A stretch of 64,000 nucleotides of DNA from a virus. Positions within the stretch are counted from its first letter, which is position 1, and each line of letters begins with the position of its first letter. The translations under genes were made by a program, and so were the position numbers. Shown here piece after piece: positions 1 to 9,664 of the stretch. Location of the stretch: positions 30,887 through 94,886 of IMG/VR virus record IMGVR_UViG_3300025073_000036; one strand, 5' to 3'. A model generated the notes under the pieces. It had not been told where the DNA came from. It searched no databases and saw only the letters and a list, made by a program, of their open reading frames with translations.

Positions 1-81
1 CTGTCGCTGCTCGGCGCCTTCCTCGACGATCTGACCGTGGCCGGGGTGATCCCTGAGCTGGACGTGAGCCTGTGGACGTAG
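1..81 (+). CDS. 3' end of an upstream gene (probably tail/baseplate), partial
   Basis: Frame 1 is open (LSLLGAFLDDLTVAGVIPELDVSLWT) to TAG at 79-81, followed by the RBS of the next gene. Confidence 0.5.
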   Translation: MSLLGAFLDDLTVAGVIPELDVSLWT

Positions 82-91
82 GAGGTGGCCG

Positions 92-565
92 GTGGCTGAA
101 TATTACGAGGCGCTGGAGAAGATGAAGGCGGGCGAGAAAACGGGGCGTTTCGACATGACGCGCCGCACCGACGACCCGAAGAGCGGGCCGCACGCGGTCG
201 GCTACTGCGCCGGCTGGCCGGGCGACTGGACGAGCGGCGACGAGGCGCGCGACCGGGCGGCCATCCTGAACGCCTACCGCAGTCTCGAGGCCTACGAGGC
301 ATTTTTGCGCCGCGAGGAACCGCTGCGGGCCAAGTACCACACCGACGGCCACGACAGCGAGGCAGCGGCCGAGGCCTGCCACCGCGCGTTCCGCTTCGAC
401 CACGACCTGCACTTCCACGAAGAGCCGCAGACGTTCCGGCCGTGCGCGGAATGCGGCACACTGACCACCGCGCGCGCAGCCCTCCAGGGCTGCTTTGCGT
501 CCCGATCCGTGCCGTTGTGTCCGGCGCATCAGGACCGGGCGCAGGCCGAAAAACACCTGCCGTAA
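92..565 (+). CDS. Hypothetical protein with C-terminal CxxC...CxxH zinc-binding motif
   Basis: GTG start after AGGAGG; CAEC...CPAH. Confidence 0.7.
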   Translation: MAEYYEALEKMKAGEKTGRFDMTRRTDDPKSGPHAVGYCAGWPGDWTSGDEARDRAAILNAYRSLEAYEAFLRREEPLRAKYHTDGHDSEAAAEACHRAFRFDHDLHFHEEPQTFRPCAECGTLTTARAALQGCFASRSVPLCPAHQDRAQAEKHLP

Positions 566-584
566 CAGGCCCGAGGAACTACGC

Positions 585-3029
585 ATGAAGCGGCTGATCT
601 TCAAGCTCGACGGCCAGCGGGTCGACAAGCCCGACGCCAACGCGATCCACGACCTCGTCGTGAGCGAGTTCCGGCGGCACGCGCGCGACCTCGTGGCCGG
701 CACGTCCGTGCTGGTGGTCAGCGGCTTCACGGTGGCCCGCACCGGGCCGGCGGAGCCGAAACAGGTGCTCGTCAGCCGGGGCGTGGCCATCGTCGGCGAG
801 CTCAAGGGCGACGGCTCGCTCGAGCTGGGTCAGGTGCTCTCCGAGGGGCCGGCGCAGATCGCGTACAGCTTCATCGGCAAGGACCCGGGCACCTATAGCG
901 TGTGGGTTGGCTTCCAGTACGTCGAGGGCGACTCGGCCAACCGGGCCTACCTCGTGGACGTGGACGGCGCACAGGCCGAGCGCGTCGACATGACGCAGAC
1001 TCGCCTCGTGCCCACCTGGCAGGTGGTCGCCACCCTCGACGGGGTGGAGGACGATCCCGGGCCGGCCGGGGCCTGGGCGCGGGTCAAGCGCGTCACCTAC
1101 GACGGCGGCGACCTCATCGACGCCGACCTCGCAGAAGCGCGCGACCTCGTCTATGAGGGCCAGGGTGGGAGCGACTGGGCACTGCCCGACTTCGACCGCA
1201 ACAACAACCGCACCGGCGTGGCGCTCGGCAACCTGCGGGTGTGGGCCTGGGCGGTGATGAAGCGCCTCGAGGAAGTCAACGGCCGGCGCTGGCACAACAA
1301 ACCGGTGTTCGGCGAGAACCTGCGCAGCGCGAGCGCGCAGGTGACGATCCGGCACACCGGAGGTGACCCCACGACCGCGCACTTCACGCTCGGCGACGAC
1401 GGGAACACCAACCGGGCCGCCTTGACCCTGATGCTGCTGGCCCCGTCGAAAACGGGGGGCGATCCGCGCCTCGACCTGCTCTTCCTGCCCGACGACACCG
1501 ACGAGCTGGCGGTGATCCCCATCGACAGCTCGGCCGGCGGCGTCCAGTGCATCGGGGCCGTCATGCGCCGGAACATCGCAGGCGCGGCCAACCTGCGGCG
1601 CACGGTGGGCGACGGCGACCTCGTCACCACCCTGGGCGGCAGCGGGTACGTGGGCACCTTCGAGGGCCTGACCTTCTCGGCCTCGGCCGGGGCCGGCGTG
1701 CTCTTCCGCTCCAACAAGGCCGGCGACCGCCTGGTGTTCCGCGACTGCACCTTCGACGGCTCGGCCGCCGGCTCGCTCGTGGCCCTCGTGGCCGTGGACG
1801 CCAACGCCCGGATCACCTTCGAGCGGTGCAAGTTCGTGGCCCTCTCGACCACAAAGGGCGTGACCTTCGGGGTCAACAGCGAGGCCGTGGCCACCTTCAT
1901 CGGCTGCGACTTCATCGGCGGCAGCCGACAGATCGAGATGCTGGACTCGCCGAGCCCGCAGGTGACGTGTGCGGGCTGCACGTTCGTGGACGGCACCCGG
2001 GCGATCTTCGGCGCCGACGAGGACCGCCTCGTCCTGCACAACTGCTACTTCGAGAACACGATCCCCATCGACACCCCGGGCATGGTCTACCCGGCCGGCA
2101 GTGAGGTGGTCGCCAACGGCGGCACGCTGGCCGGCGGCATCACCTCCGGCCAGGTGATCGAGACCCGGGGGCGGATCATCTTCTTCGGCACCGGCCGATT
2201 GAGCGTGCTCTCGCACGACGGGACCATCATCAGCGGCAGCCGGGAGGCGGGCGGGGCCGCCGACTTCTCCGGCCGCTACCTGTACGCCACGGGCGACCGA
2301 ATCGCTTTCACCACGAGCTCGCCGGACTCGCTGCGCCTCCATCGTCTCAACCCGGCCTCTCCGGTGGTCGCGCTGCTCGACACGGCCGGCGACGAGCCGG
2401 TCGCCTCCATGCTGCGCATGTACCGCCTGCTGCTCGGCCCCACGACCGGCACGGGGCTCGACCAGTTCAACCGCAACCTGTTGCCCAAGGCCTGGGGCAA
2501 CATCCGGCGGGTGTGGGATGAGGACCCGCCCGGCAGCTCGTGGACGGGCACGGGCGACCGGGCGGCCAGTCGCGCCGGCCAGCTCGGCAACGGCTACTAC
2601 GAGAGCCGCACCGTGCGAGGCAACGGGACCGCGCTCACCGTGCGCGGCTATTTCATCGACGGCAGCGGCAACCTGCTGGAGTGGACGCAGGCCAACGGGG
2701 CCGGGGCCAACAGCGGCCCGGACTGCATGATCTTCCGCGTCAGCGGTCTCGGCCTGCCGGACAAGAAGTACCTCGTGCATGCCTGGGTCGAGAGCGACCG
2801 GACCCCCACCTTCGACCCCAGCGCGCGCATGACGACCGACCTGCCGGGTGTGTTCGTGTGGGGCAAGACGAACAACGAGTTCTACGTCGCGATCTTCAAC
2901 GACGCGGCGGCCGACCCGCGCACCACCGACATCCTGACCTGGCTGCAGGCGGCGACCGAGATCCGCGTGCAATTCGCCGTCCTGGCGATCTGCGACGCGG
3001 GCACGTTCGTCAACGGCGGGGCGGGCTAA
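585..3029 (+). CDS. Tail fibre/tailspike-like protein with right-handed beta-helix (pectin-lyase-like) region
   Basis: ATG 585 after GAGGA; repeats FRDCTFDG, FERCKF, FIGCDFIGG, CAGCTFVDG, LHNCYFEN; lies upstream of the lysis genes. Confidence 0.65.
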   Translation: MKRLIFKLDGQRVDKPDANAIHDLVVSEFRRHARDLVAGTSVLVVSGFTVARTGPAEPKQVLVSRGVAIVGELKGDGSLELGQVLSEGPAQIAYSFIGKDPGTYSVWVGFQYVEGDSANRAYLVDVDGAQAERVDMTQTRLVPTWQVVATLDGVEDDPGPAGAWARVKRVTYDGGDLIDADLAEARDLVYEGQGGSDWALPDFDRNNNRTGVALGNLRVWAWAVMKRLEEVNGRRWHNKPVFGENLRSASAQVTIRHTGGDPTTAHFTLGDDGNTNRAALTLMLLAPSKTGGDPRLDLLFLPDDTDELAVIPIDSSAGGVQCIGAVMRRNIAGAANLRRTVGDGDLVTTLGGSGYVGTFEGLTFSASAGAGVLFRSNKAGDRLVFRDCTFDGSAAGSLVALVAVDANARITFERCKFVALSTTKGVTFGVNSEAVATFIGCDFIGGSRQIEMLDSPSPQVTCAGCTFVDGTRAIFGADEDRLVLHNCYFENTIPIDTPGMVYPAGSEVVANGGTLAGGITSGQVIETRGRIIFFGTGRLSVLSHDGTIISGSREAGGAADFSGRYLYATGDRIAFTTSSPDSLRLHRLNPASPVVALLDTAGDEPVASMLRMYRLLLGPTTGTGLDQFNRNLLPKAWGNIRRVWDEDPPGSSWTGTGDRAASRAGQLGNGYYESRTVRGNGTALTVRGYFIDGSGNLLEWTQANGAGANSGPDCMIFRVSGLGLPDKKYLVHAWVESDRTPTFDPSARMTTDLPGVFVWGKTNNEFYVAIFNDAAADPRTTDILTWLQAATEIRVQFAVLAICDAGTFVNGGAG

Positions 3030-3490
3030 CGGCCGATCCGAAGGGATAGATTCCAGGCGCGTTCGAGCTCGTCGGCCGTCGGGGTGTGTTCAGAGCAGGC
3101 CGATCCGAGGTCGGCCACGACCGGCCCCAACGGGTCGAGATGGCCCTCCGGCCGTGGTAGCACCCAGCGAGGCGGGGCGGTGGGCGAAAGCGCCTCCACG
3201 GGGCAGCCGAGAGCCTGCGCGAGGCGTTCGATGGTCACTCGGCCGCGTGAGCGGCCCCACGAGGCCGGCGGCCCCCGGTGGCCGGCCAGGACGGCGCGCA
3301 GGGCGCCCAGGTTGGCCTCCATGGCCTGCGCCAGCTCCGCCACGTCCGTCGGGCGCCCAGGCGTGCCGGCGGCGGCGTGGTAGGCCAGCGCGAGCCGGAT
3401 GCGCGCCCCGACGGCCAGCGCGTCGGGATGGCCGGCCGGGGGCGGTCGGTCCGGCCGGGTGGCGCGGGACGGCGTGCGGCCCCTACCCAC
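3026..3490 (-). CDS. Putative XRE-like HTH DNA-binding protein
   Basis: VGARIRLAL...VAELAQAM...TIERLAQALGCPVEAL resembles XRE HTH; GTG start overlaps the upstream gene end. Confidence 0.5.
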   Translation of the reverse strand: MGRGRTPSRATRPDRPPPAGHPDALAVGARIRLALAYHAAAGTPGRPTDVAELAQAMEANLGALRAVLAGHRGPPASWGRSRGRVTIERLAQALGCPVEALSPTAPPRWVLPRPEGHLDPLGPVVADLGSACSEHTPTADELERAWNLSLRIGR

Positions 3491-4031
3491 GGTGCGCCTC
3501 TTCCCGGCTGACAGCGGGCACCATGGGCAGGAAGGCCGCCGAGACCTCGACCCCCACGCCCGCATCGGCCACGGCGCCCAGCGCGGCCGAGAGCCGCCGC
3601 CGCACGTTCTCGACCGGTTGACGGGTGTGGACGTGCAGCGCGGCCACGGCCTTCGCCACCTCGATCACCCCATCGGACACGTTGCGGATCAGCAGCTCGG
3701 TCGGGCAGCAGGGCCATTCCGGCGTCCAGGCATCTTCCTCATCTTCGATGTCATCCCACACCCAGCGCAGGTCGCCGTCCCGGTCGAGATAGGCGGTCAG
3801 GCCGACGGGGCCGCCGTTCACCACGGCGTAGTACCGGCCCGGCCGGTCGGGGCCGGGGAATGCGCCGGTGGCGGGGTTGGCGCGGGCGACACGGTGGATC
3901 TGCGAGGCCGACGGCCAGCGGTGATCGTCGGCGTGATCCTCGCAGTGCGAGTACCCGTGATTGCCGGGGCCGAAGTCCTGCCCACACTGCGAGCAGGACG
4001 TGGCCGAAAAGCGGGGGGGCGTGCGGTTCAT
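3483..4031 (-). CDS. Hypothetical protein (N-terminal CxxC...HC motif)
   Basis: ATG after GGAGG; coupled with neighbours. Confidence 0.65.
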   Translation of the reverse strand: MNRTPPRFSATSCSQCGQDFGPGNHGYSHCEDHADDHRWPSASQIHRVARANPATGAFPGPDRPGRYYAVVNGGPVGLTAYLDRDGDLRWVWDDIEDEEDAWTPEWPCCPTELLIRNVSDGVIEVAKAVAALHVHTRQPVENVRRRLSAALGAVADAGVGVEVSAAFLPMVPAVSREEAHRG

Positions 4032-4279
4032 GGTGCCTCCTGGCAGGACGTGGCAACAAACGGCCGGCCGCCTTCGGGATGGACGACGAGGCCGAACGGG
4101 GTATGCACGAGCGCATCCCGGCGCAGCGTCAGATCCACCGGGTTGTCGCCGTCGACGGTCTCGACCACGCAGCGGACCCGAAACTCCGCGCGGCCGGCGG
4201 TCATGGCGTGCAGGTAGAAGGCCGCCCCGGCAGAGACGGCCAGGATGAGCGGCAGGTGCTTGAGCAGACGGTTGGCCAT
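4028..4279 (-). CDS. Small hypothetical membrane/secreted protein
   Basis: MANRLLKHLPLILAVSAGAAFYL hydrophobic N-terminus; ATGA overlap. Confidence 0.55.
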   Translation of the reverse strand: MANRLLKHLPLILAVSAGAAFYLHAMTAGRAEFRVRCVVETVDGDNPVDLTLRRDALVHTPFGLVVHPEGGRPFVATSCQEAP

Positions 4280-4280
4280 G

Positions 4281-4577
4281 TCAGGCCACCGCCCGCCCGG
4301 TGGCCTGCGCGGCCAGCACGCCGAGCGCGGCCGAGGCCGCGTCACGGAAGGTCGCACCCGGGCCGCCCGTGGTCTCGCCGACCTTGAAGTACCATCCCCG
4401 GGCGGTCTCAGAGTGCCACACCCGGGCGAGATCGCCCCGGTCATCGCCCAACCGGTAGAAGCAGGTGAAGCCGACCCGGCGCCCCTCGTTGTCGGTGACC
4501 GGCTCGCGTCCGGGCTCCCATCGAAAGCCGCCGTGCATGATGGCGCGAGGCGCCCTATCCATTCCGAATCGCTGCAT
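4281..4577 (-). CDS. Hypothetical protein
   Basis: ATG after AAGGGGA RBS; first gene after the leftward promoter. Confidence 0.6.
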   Translation of the reverse strand: MQRFGMDRAPRAIMHGGFRWEPGREPVTDNEGRRVGFTCFYRLGDDRGDLARVWHSETARGWYFKVGETTGGPGATFRDAASAALGVLAAQATGRAVA

Positions 4578-4619
4578 GATGTTCCCCTTGTCCGTCGGCA
4601 ACGGGCCGACCGACCGCCG

Positions 4620-4648
4620 ACACTAGGCGCCGCGCGCCAATGTGGCAA
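4620..4648 (-). promoter_or_regulatory. Sigma70-like leftward promoter with 17-bp operator (4624-4640)
   Basis: Minus strand TTGCCA-17bp-TAGTGT; overlaps TAGGCGCCGCGCGCCAA (plus-strand reading). Confidence 0.65.
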
Positions 4649-4779
4649 ACAAAAAGTGCGACTCTTGAAAAGGCGTGTTAAAACAGTGCGTTGCGGTAGT
4701 TGAGCCCGCTGTGTGTCGCAGGCCTACCTCACTTGTCGCGCGGCGCGTAGAATCCGACGCGACATCACGGGGGGACGCC

Positions 4780-5559
4780 ATGTACCGACAGACGCTCACG
4801 GTCGCCGACCTGCAGCAGCTCGGCCTCGAGGCCTTCGACCTCACCGGCCAGGGCACGGACAACCGGGATCGCGAGGCGGTCCCGCCGGGCATCGTCACGC
4901 ACACCCCTTCGGTGACCTTCGCCCGCAAGGCCCTGACCGCTTTCGAGGCCCATCACGGCCGGCTCCCCACGCCCCACGAGCTCGACGCCACGGCCGCCGC
5001 TCGCTTCGACCGCGCGGCCTACCAGCCGGGCTACCTGATCGGCACGGCGGCCGGTGTGTGGCAGCTCGACCTCGACCACCAGCGCGCGCAGCACTCCGGC
5101 ATGCTGGCCGACGACTCGCCGGCCGGTGATGTCTACAAGGCCGGCACCTGGCGCGAGTGGGCGAGCCCTTCGGACGGCTCCGGCTGGCAGCGCCACGGCC
5201 GGCCCGGCCACGTCGTCTACGACTACTGGGATGCGGCCTTCCCGGGCGCACGCTCGCCCTACGACGTGTTCGTGTGGGGCCGCTACCCGAACAACTGCAT
5301 CGGCATCGACCTCCTGCCCGATCCCATGACCGGGGCCTACACGGCCGAGCAGCGGCGCACCTACGTGGCCCTCGCCCGGGCGCTCTCCGGCCTGCACGCC
5401 TTCCCGATCCGCTTCGACCGTGTCACCACGCACACCTACGCCTCGCCGGTCGAGCGCGGCACGCAGCGGCTCAAGGGCGGCAAGATCATCGGTGTGCATT
5501 GGGACCCGGACGCAAAGGTGTGGCCGCACGCGCAGGTCGTGGCCGAGGCGGCCTCGTGA
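4780..5559 (+). CDS. Endolysin, N-acetylmuramoyl-L-alanine amidase (Amidase_2-like)
   Basis: IVTHT, YLIG...AQHSG, NNCIGIDL, TTH...WDP Zn-amidase motif order. Confidence 0.75.
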   Translation: MYRQTLTVADLQQLGLEAFDLTGQGTDNRDREAVPPGIVTHTPSVTFARKALTAFEAHHGRLPTPHELDATAAARFDRAAYQPGYLIGTAAGVWQLDLDHQRAQHSGMLADDSPAGDVYKAGTWREWASPSDGSGWQRHGRPGHVVYDYWDAAFPGARSPYDVFVWGRYPNNCIGIDLLPDPMTGAYTAEQRRTYVALARALSGLHAFPIRFDRVTTHTYASPVERGTQRLKGGKIIGVHWDPDAKVWPHAQVVAEAAS

Positions 5560-6014
5560 GCGGCCCCGCCGTGCTCGCGCGCCGCCCGGCCGTCTCGACG
5601 GCCCGCATGGCCGGTTACCGGAAGCTGCTGGCCTTCGGGATCACGGCCGTGTGCGCCACCGTTCTCCAGGCGCTCGACAAGTTCGATCCCACGGTGGCCA
5701 CCTTCCTGGGCACGGCCCTGTTGACCTACGTGGGCGGCAATGTGCGGGAGCATGCCCACAGGGCCGCGCAGGCCCGCAGCGGCCTCGAGGAAGTCATGGC
5801 GGGCACGAGCCTGCCGCCGCTGCCGACCCGGCCGCTTGCGCCGCGTCCCGGGGTGCCGGCGCCCTTCGACGAGCGCGAAGCGGGCGACCGGACGGAATTC
5901 GACCCGGAACGGCCGGCCGTGGATCGCGAAACGCTCGTGAACCTGCTGACCGACCTCATGGCCGACCGCATGGCCGGCAGACCGAGCGGTCGGCCGGTGG
6001 GGGGCGGCCGGTGA
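5556..6014 (+). CDS. Holin-like membrane protein
   Basis: Two hydrophobic segments after YRK, then GGNV; GTGA overlap with the endolysin. Confidence 0.55.
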   Translation: MSGPAVLARRPAVSTARMAGYRKLLAFGITAVCATVLQALDKFDPTVATFLGTALLTYVGGNVREHAHRAAQARSGLEEVMAGTSLPPLPTRPLAPRPGVPAPFDEREAGDRTEFDPERPAVDRETLVNLLTDLMADRMAGRPSGRPVGGGR

Positions 6015-6667
6015 ACCTGCTCGACGTGCTGGCCCGGTTCTTCGGCGTTGCGCGCCAGGCGTCAGACGCCGACGAGGCCGACGCGCGCCGCCTCGAGGCC
6101 GCGCGCGCTGCCGGACGGACGGCTGGGCAGATCGCCAGCGAGGCGGAGGCGGAGGCCAGGCGGTTGCACGCACGGACCGGGCCGCGCTGCCGCGTTTGCG
6201 GGGGGACTGGCTTTCTGCGCGCGCACGTTGACGAGCCTGGGGCGCCCTGCCCGCGCTGCGGCGGCAGCGGCGACGAGCCGGGCGGCCGGTTCTCGGGTGG
6301 TCCGCCGCCGGCCGTGCCGGTCCTGATCGTGGCTCTCATGCTGCCGGCGCAGCTCGCGGCCGCTGCACCGCCCGGGCTGGCCAGCGTGCCGCCACCCCTG
6401 CCGCAGCCTCCGCCGATCTACTGCGAGCGCATGCTCGCCGAGCCGGACCCGCAGGATGCGGCAGGCCTGCAGCGCGTGCTCGTCTGTGAGCGGCTGACGA
6501 GCGGCTACCGGTTGGGGCTCGACGCGCTGGCCCTGCATCGGGCAGAAGAGACGGCGGCCGCGCTGCGCGACCCGCCGAGCCGCCTGCAATGGCTGCTCGT
6601 GGGGGCCGGGTTGGCGGTGCTCACCTTTGGAGCATTCGAGACGTATCAGGAGGTCAACCGGAAATGA
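6011..6667 (+). CDS. Membrane protein with DnaJ-type CxxCxGxG zinc finger
   Basis: CRVCGGTG...CPRCGGSG plus two hydrophobic segments. Confidence 0.55.
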   Translation: MNLLDVLARFFGVARQASDADEADARRLEAARAAGRTAGQIASEAEAEARRLHARTGPRCRVCGGTGFLRAHVDEPGAPCPRCGGSGDEPGGRFSGGPPPAVPVLIVALMLPAQLAAAAPPGLASVPPPLPQPPPIYCERMLAEPDPQDAAGLQRVLVCERLTSGYRLGLDALALHRAEETAAALRDPPSRLQWLLVGAGLAVLTFGAFETYQEVNRK

Positions 6668-6972
6668 TGAAGGGCAGCATGGGCGAATGGATACGGTGGC
6701 TGCTGGCAGCGGTCGTGATTCCGCTCGGTCTGATGGTGATCGACCTGCGGGAGACCATTGCACTCCAGGGCAAAGACATCGCGGGCCTTCAGAAGACCCT
6801 GACCGAACACATCCAGGCCGACGGCCAGCGCATCGAAAAAATCACGGAGCGCGGCCTCGCGCAGAACGACAACCTGATCAAGGCCAACGAGGCCTTGACC
6901 GCCCTCAAGGAGCGACTCGATGACCTTCTCGAAAGCCTCCGGGCATCATCACGTCGCAGCCGGGGAGGATGA
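6664..6972 (+). CDS. TM + coiled-coil protein (lysis accessory; holin/spanin-like)
   Basis: N-terminal TM WLLAAVVIPLGLMVI followed by heptad-rich helix. Confidence 0.55.
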   Translation: MMKGSMGEWIRWLLAAVVIPLGLMVIDLRETIALQGKDIAGLQKTLTEHIQADGQRIEKITERGLAQNDNLIKANEALTALKERLDDLLESLRASSRRSRGG

Positions 6973-6976
6973 CCTC

Positions 6977-7276
6977 ATGCCGATGGCCGTTTCTCTATTT
7001 CTCGCCATGGTCGTGTCAGTCGTGCTCAGTGCGACCTCGTCGGCCATCACATCGCACGGCCGCAGCAGCCGCCCGTTGTCGGTAGAGCAGGCCCCGGCGG
7101 CCACGCCGACACCGGCCCCGTCCGCGCCGTCGGAACCTCCGGCGCACGACCCGCTCGACATGATGGGCATGCTCACGGCCGAGCTACAGGATCAGGCGTT
7201 GATCCTGGCGTTCGAGACCGAGCGCATCCGGGCCACGCAACGCCCGCCCGCCCGCCGCCGCCCGCCACCGCGCTGA
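6977..7276 (+). CDS. Hypothetical signal-peptide protein
   Basis: GGAGG RBS; hydrophobic N-terminus; Pro-rich linker. Confidence 0.5.
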   Translation: MPMAVSLFLAMVVSVVLSATSSAITSHGRSSRPLSVEQAPAATPTPAPSAPSEPPAHDPLDMMGMLTAELQDQALILAFETERIRATQRPPARRRPPPR

Positions 7277-7277
7277 T

Positions 7278-8399
7278 CTACTCGGCACCGATGGCCCGAC
7301 GCGCGTAGTCGCGGATTGCCCATAACACGCCGTCCTTGTGCGGCGCCGCGAAGTTGGGCGAAGCCGGATCGCCGATGGTCCGCAGCGCCTCGCGCAGGCG
7401 CGCCGCCTCGTCTCGGGCCTCGACGAGCTGCGCGTCAGCCGGTTCGGCCGCCGCAGCGGTGCCGGATGCCTTCCGCCGGTCGCGCACCGTCTCATGCACG
7501 CGGTCGACCCAGGCCACGCGCTCGGCCTCGTCCTGACTGCGCAGGAAGAGCACCCGCTTGCCGTCGTGGCCAAACGGGATCTCGGCCAGCAGGTCGAACA
7601 GCGACTCGTGATCTCTCTTGGCGCGTTCCAGCTCGGCGATGCGGTCCTTGGCCGTGGCAAGCGCGTTTTCGAGCTGCGACCGCATCCTCTCGTGCGCGCT
7701 CTCGGCGTCGAGCGCCCGTGTCTCGGCGGCGTGGATGCGCTTGGCGACCTCGCCGGACTCGACCGCCACCGGAGCCGGCCGGTGGGCGTCCACCCAGGTC
7801 CAGTCGTGCAGCCGGGTCGGATCGGCCGGGTTGTCGGTCAGGCCGGCGAAGTCAGCCCGCAGGCCTTGCACCCAAGCGCGCAGCGCGTCGAGCTCGCCCT
7901 GCGCGGCGCCGAGCGAGTGCACAAGCGAGCGGCCGCCCGGGCGGCGGATCTCGATGTCGCAGGCCTCGCCGTCCTTGCCATCGGTGCGGAACACGAGGCC
8001 GTTGCGCACGCCACCCAGGCGCAACAGGGCGCGCCCGGCGTTGCCGAGTACAATGTGCAGCGCCCGGTCAAGCGTGGCCTCCTGCAGTGGCGGCAGGGCC
8101 TCGCCGACGGCCTGGCCGAGGGCCACCGACTCGATGAGGCCTGAGAAGGCCTCGTACTGCTCGCGCGCGTCGTCGAAAAGGGCCAGCACGAGGGCCACGA
8201 GGCGCGGCGAGTAGGAGCGGGCGGGCAGGACGCAGTCGCCGGGATCAGCCCCCGGGTGCAGCGGAGCCAGCACGTCGCGTGCGAACCGTTCGTGCAGGGC
8301 CTCGATGGCCGCGCCGGATGATGGATGGTCGGCCCAGGCCTCGCGCATCTTGTCGAGCAGCCATGGGGGGAGAACGTCTTTCGTTTCGGCGTCGCTCAC
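7278..8399 (-). CDS. Hypothetical coiled-coil phage protein
   Basis: Long ORF, GTGA overlap, GGAG RBS. Confidence 0.65.
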   Translation of the reverse strand: MSDAETKDVLPPWLLDKMREAWADHPSSGAAIEALHERFARDVLAPLHPGADPGDCVLPARSYSPRLVALVLALFDDAREQYEAFSGLIESVALGQAVGEALPPLQEATLDRALHIVLGNAGRALLRLGGVRNGLVFRTDGKDGEACDIEIRRPGGRSLVHSLGAAQGELDALRAWVQGLRADFAGLTDNPADPTRLHDWTWVDAHRPAPVAVESGEVAKRIHAAETRALDAESAHERMRSQLENALATAKDRIAELERAKRDHESLFDLLAEIPFGHDGKRVLFLRSQDEAERVAWVDRVHETVRDRRKASGTAAAAEPADAQLVEARDEAARLREALRTIGDPASPNFAAPHKDGVLWAIRDYARRAIGAE

Positions 8400-9022
8400 G
8401 CGGATCTCCGTTGCAGCAGTTGAGCGGCCACCGCAGCGGCGGCCGGTTCGTCCACGTTCCACAAGCCTTGCGCGCCCGCGTGAGGCACGGGCTCGGCCAA
8501 GGCCTGCACCTCTTCGAGCACCCATCCGAAGGGGCCGAAGTACCAGGGGTCATTGACGATTTCGCGCGCCCGCTGCGCGCTCACCCCGGAGAACGCATCG
8601 AGCACGCCATCCCGGCTCGTGGTGCGGGGCATGCCCTCAACCCAGCCGACCACGCGCACCACCCCCACGAGCACGCTCTCCGGGTGGCAATAGACCACCG
8701 GATCGCTGCCCTTCGCCCGAGGGAACGCCGATTCTCTCCAGGGCAACCGGATGCCGAGATCCGAGCAGTGCAGGCCGCAGCCGTCGTCCCATTTCTTCCC
8801 GGCGTGCAGGGCGATCAGGCCGTCGCGCGCGGCCTGCGGCGGCTTCATCGGCCGATTCTCGACTCGTTTCGGACCCGGGCCTTCACCCGGGCGGAGGTGA
8901 AAGATCGTGTACGGCCAGGGTCGCCAGAGAGTCAGCGCGCGCAGGATCATGACGGGCGGGTCCTTTCCGAAGCCCTTGGCGGCCAGCAGGCCGCGCACAT
9001 GGGAAGGGTGCAGGGTGGGCAC
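8396..9022 (-). CDS. ASCH/PUA-domain protein
   Basis: ALTLWRPW...KRVENR...IALHAGK...PWYFGPFGWVL...GAQGLW. Confidence 0.75.
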   Translation of the reverse strand: MPTLHPSHVRGLLAAKGFGKDPPVMILRALTLWRPWPYTIFHLRPGEGPGPKRVENRPMKPPQAARDGLIALHAGKKWDDGCGLHCSDLGIRLPWRESAFPRAKGSDPVVYCHPESVLVGVVRVVGWVEGMPRTTSRDGVLDAFSGVSAQRAREIVNDPWYFGPFGWVLEEVQALAEPVPHAGAQGLWNVDEPAAAAVAAQLLQRRSA

Positions 9023-9028
9023 GGGCGG

Positions 9029-9664
9029 TCAGGTGGGGCGGGCGGTGACGTGCAGCACCCACGTCCAGGGGCTTGCCTCGGCGCCGACCGCCAGGCGGCC
9101 GCCGTGGTCGCTGCGGAAGGCCTCGACCAGGGCCTCTCCGGAGGGGAAACCCTCGGCCCCCGCGTCCTCGTCGCCCGCCTCGAGCAGCCGTTGAACGGTC
9201 AGGCCCGTCACGTCGAGGTCGAGCCTGGACATGGCGCGCACCATCTTCGGCGCCGGCTCCCACATCAGGTCATGGAAGCCGCCGCCGCTGGCGTAGTCCG
9301 CTTCGTAGGCGAGCCCGTCCCGCTCTCGGAACCGCTCGGCGTAGTAGGTGGGCGGGTGGTCAGCGTGGAAGCGTTCGCGCACCCACAGGCGCAGCCCGTC
9401 GTGGAAGCGGCAGTCGATCCGGTGCTCGGTGTCGAGGTCAGGATCGCGGGCCTTGAGGCATGGCCCGGGGCCGGTCCCCGCCTGGACGATGTCGAGGGCC
9501 GACCAGCGCCGGGGGCCAGCTCGCGACCCGTCCACGATGGACGTTCCGCAGCGCACGGGCAGGCGGAGGCGGGTGGCCGGCGCCCGCCCGTGCAGGCCGA
9601 GGAAGCGGCGCACCTGATCCGGCGAGAGCGTGAGCGGCCGCTCGGTGGCAACGTGGCGGTTCAC
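9029..9664 (-). CDS. Phage ASCH-like protein (ERP...LWVRE...M.R..SR family)
   Basis: ERPLTLS, LWVRERF, MVRAMSRLDLDVT, DAGAEG, PWTWV. Confidence 0.7.
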   Translation of the reverse strand: MNRHVATERPLTLSPDQVRRFLGLHGRAPATRLRLPVRCGTSIVDGSRAGPRRWSALDIVQAGTGPGPCLKARDPDLDTEHRIDCRFHDGLRLWVRERFHADHPPTYYAERFRERDGLAYEADYASGGGFHDLMWEPAPKMVRAMSRLDLDVTGLTVQRLLEAGDEDAGAEGFPSGEALVEAFRSDHGGRLAVGAEASPWTWVLHVTARPT

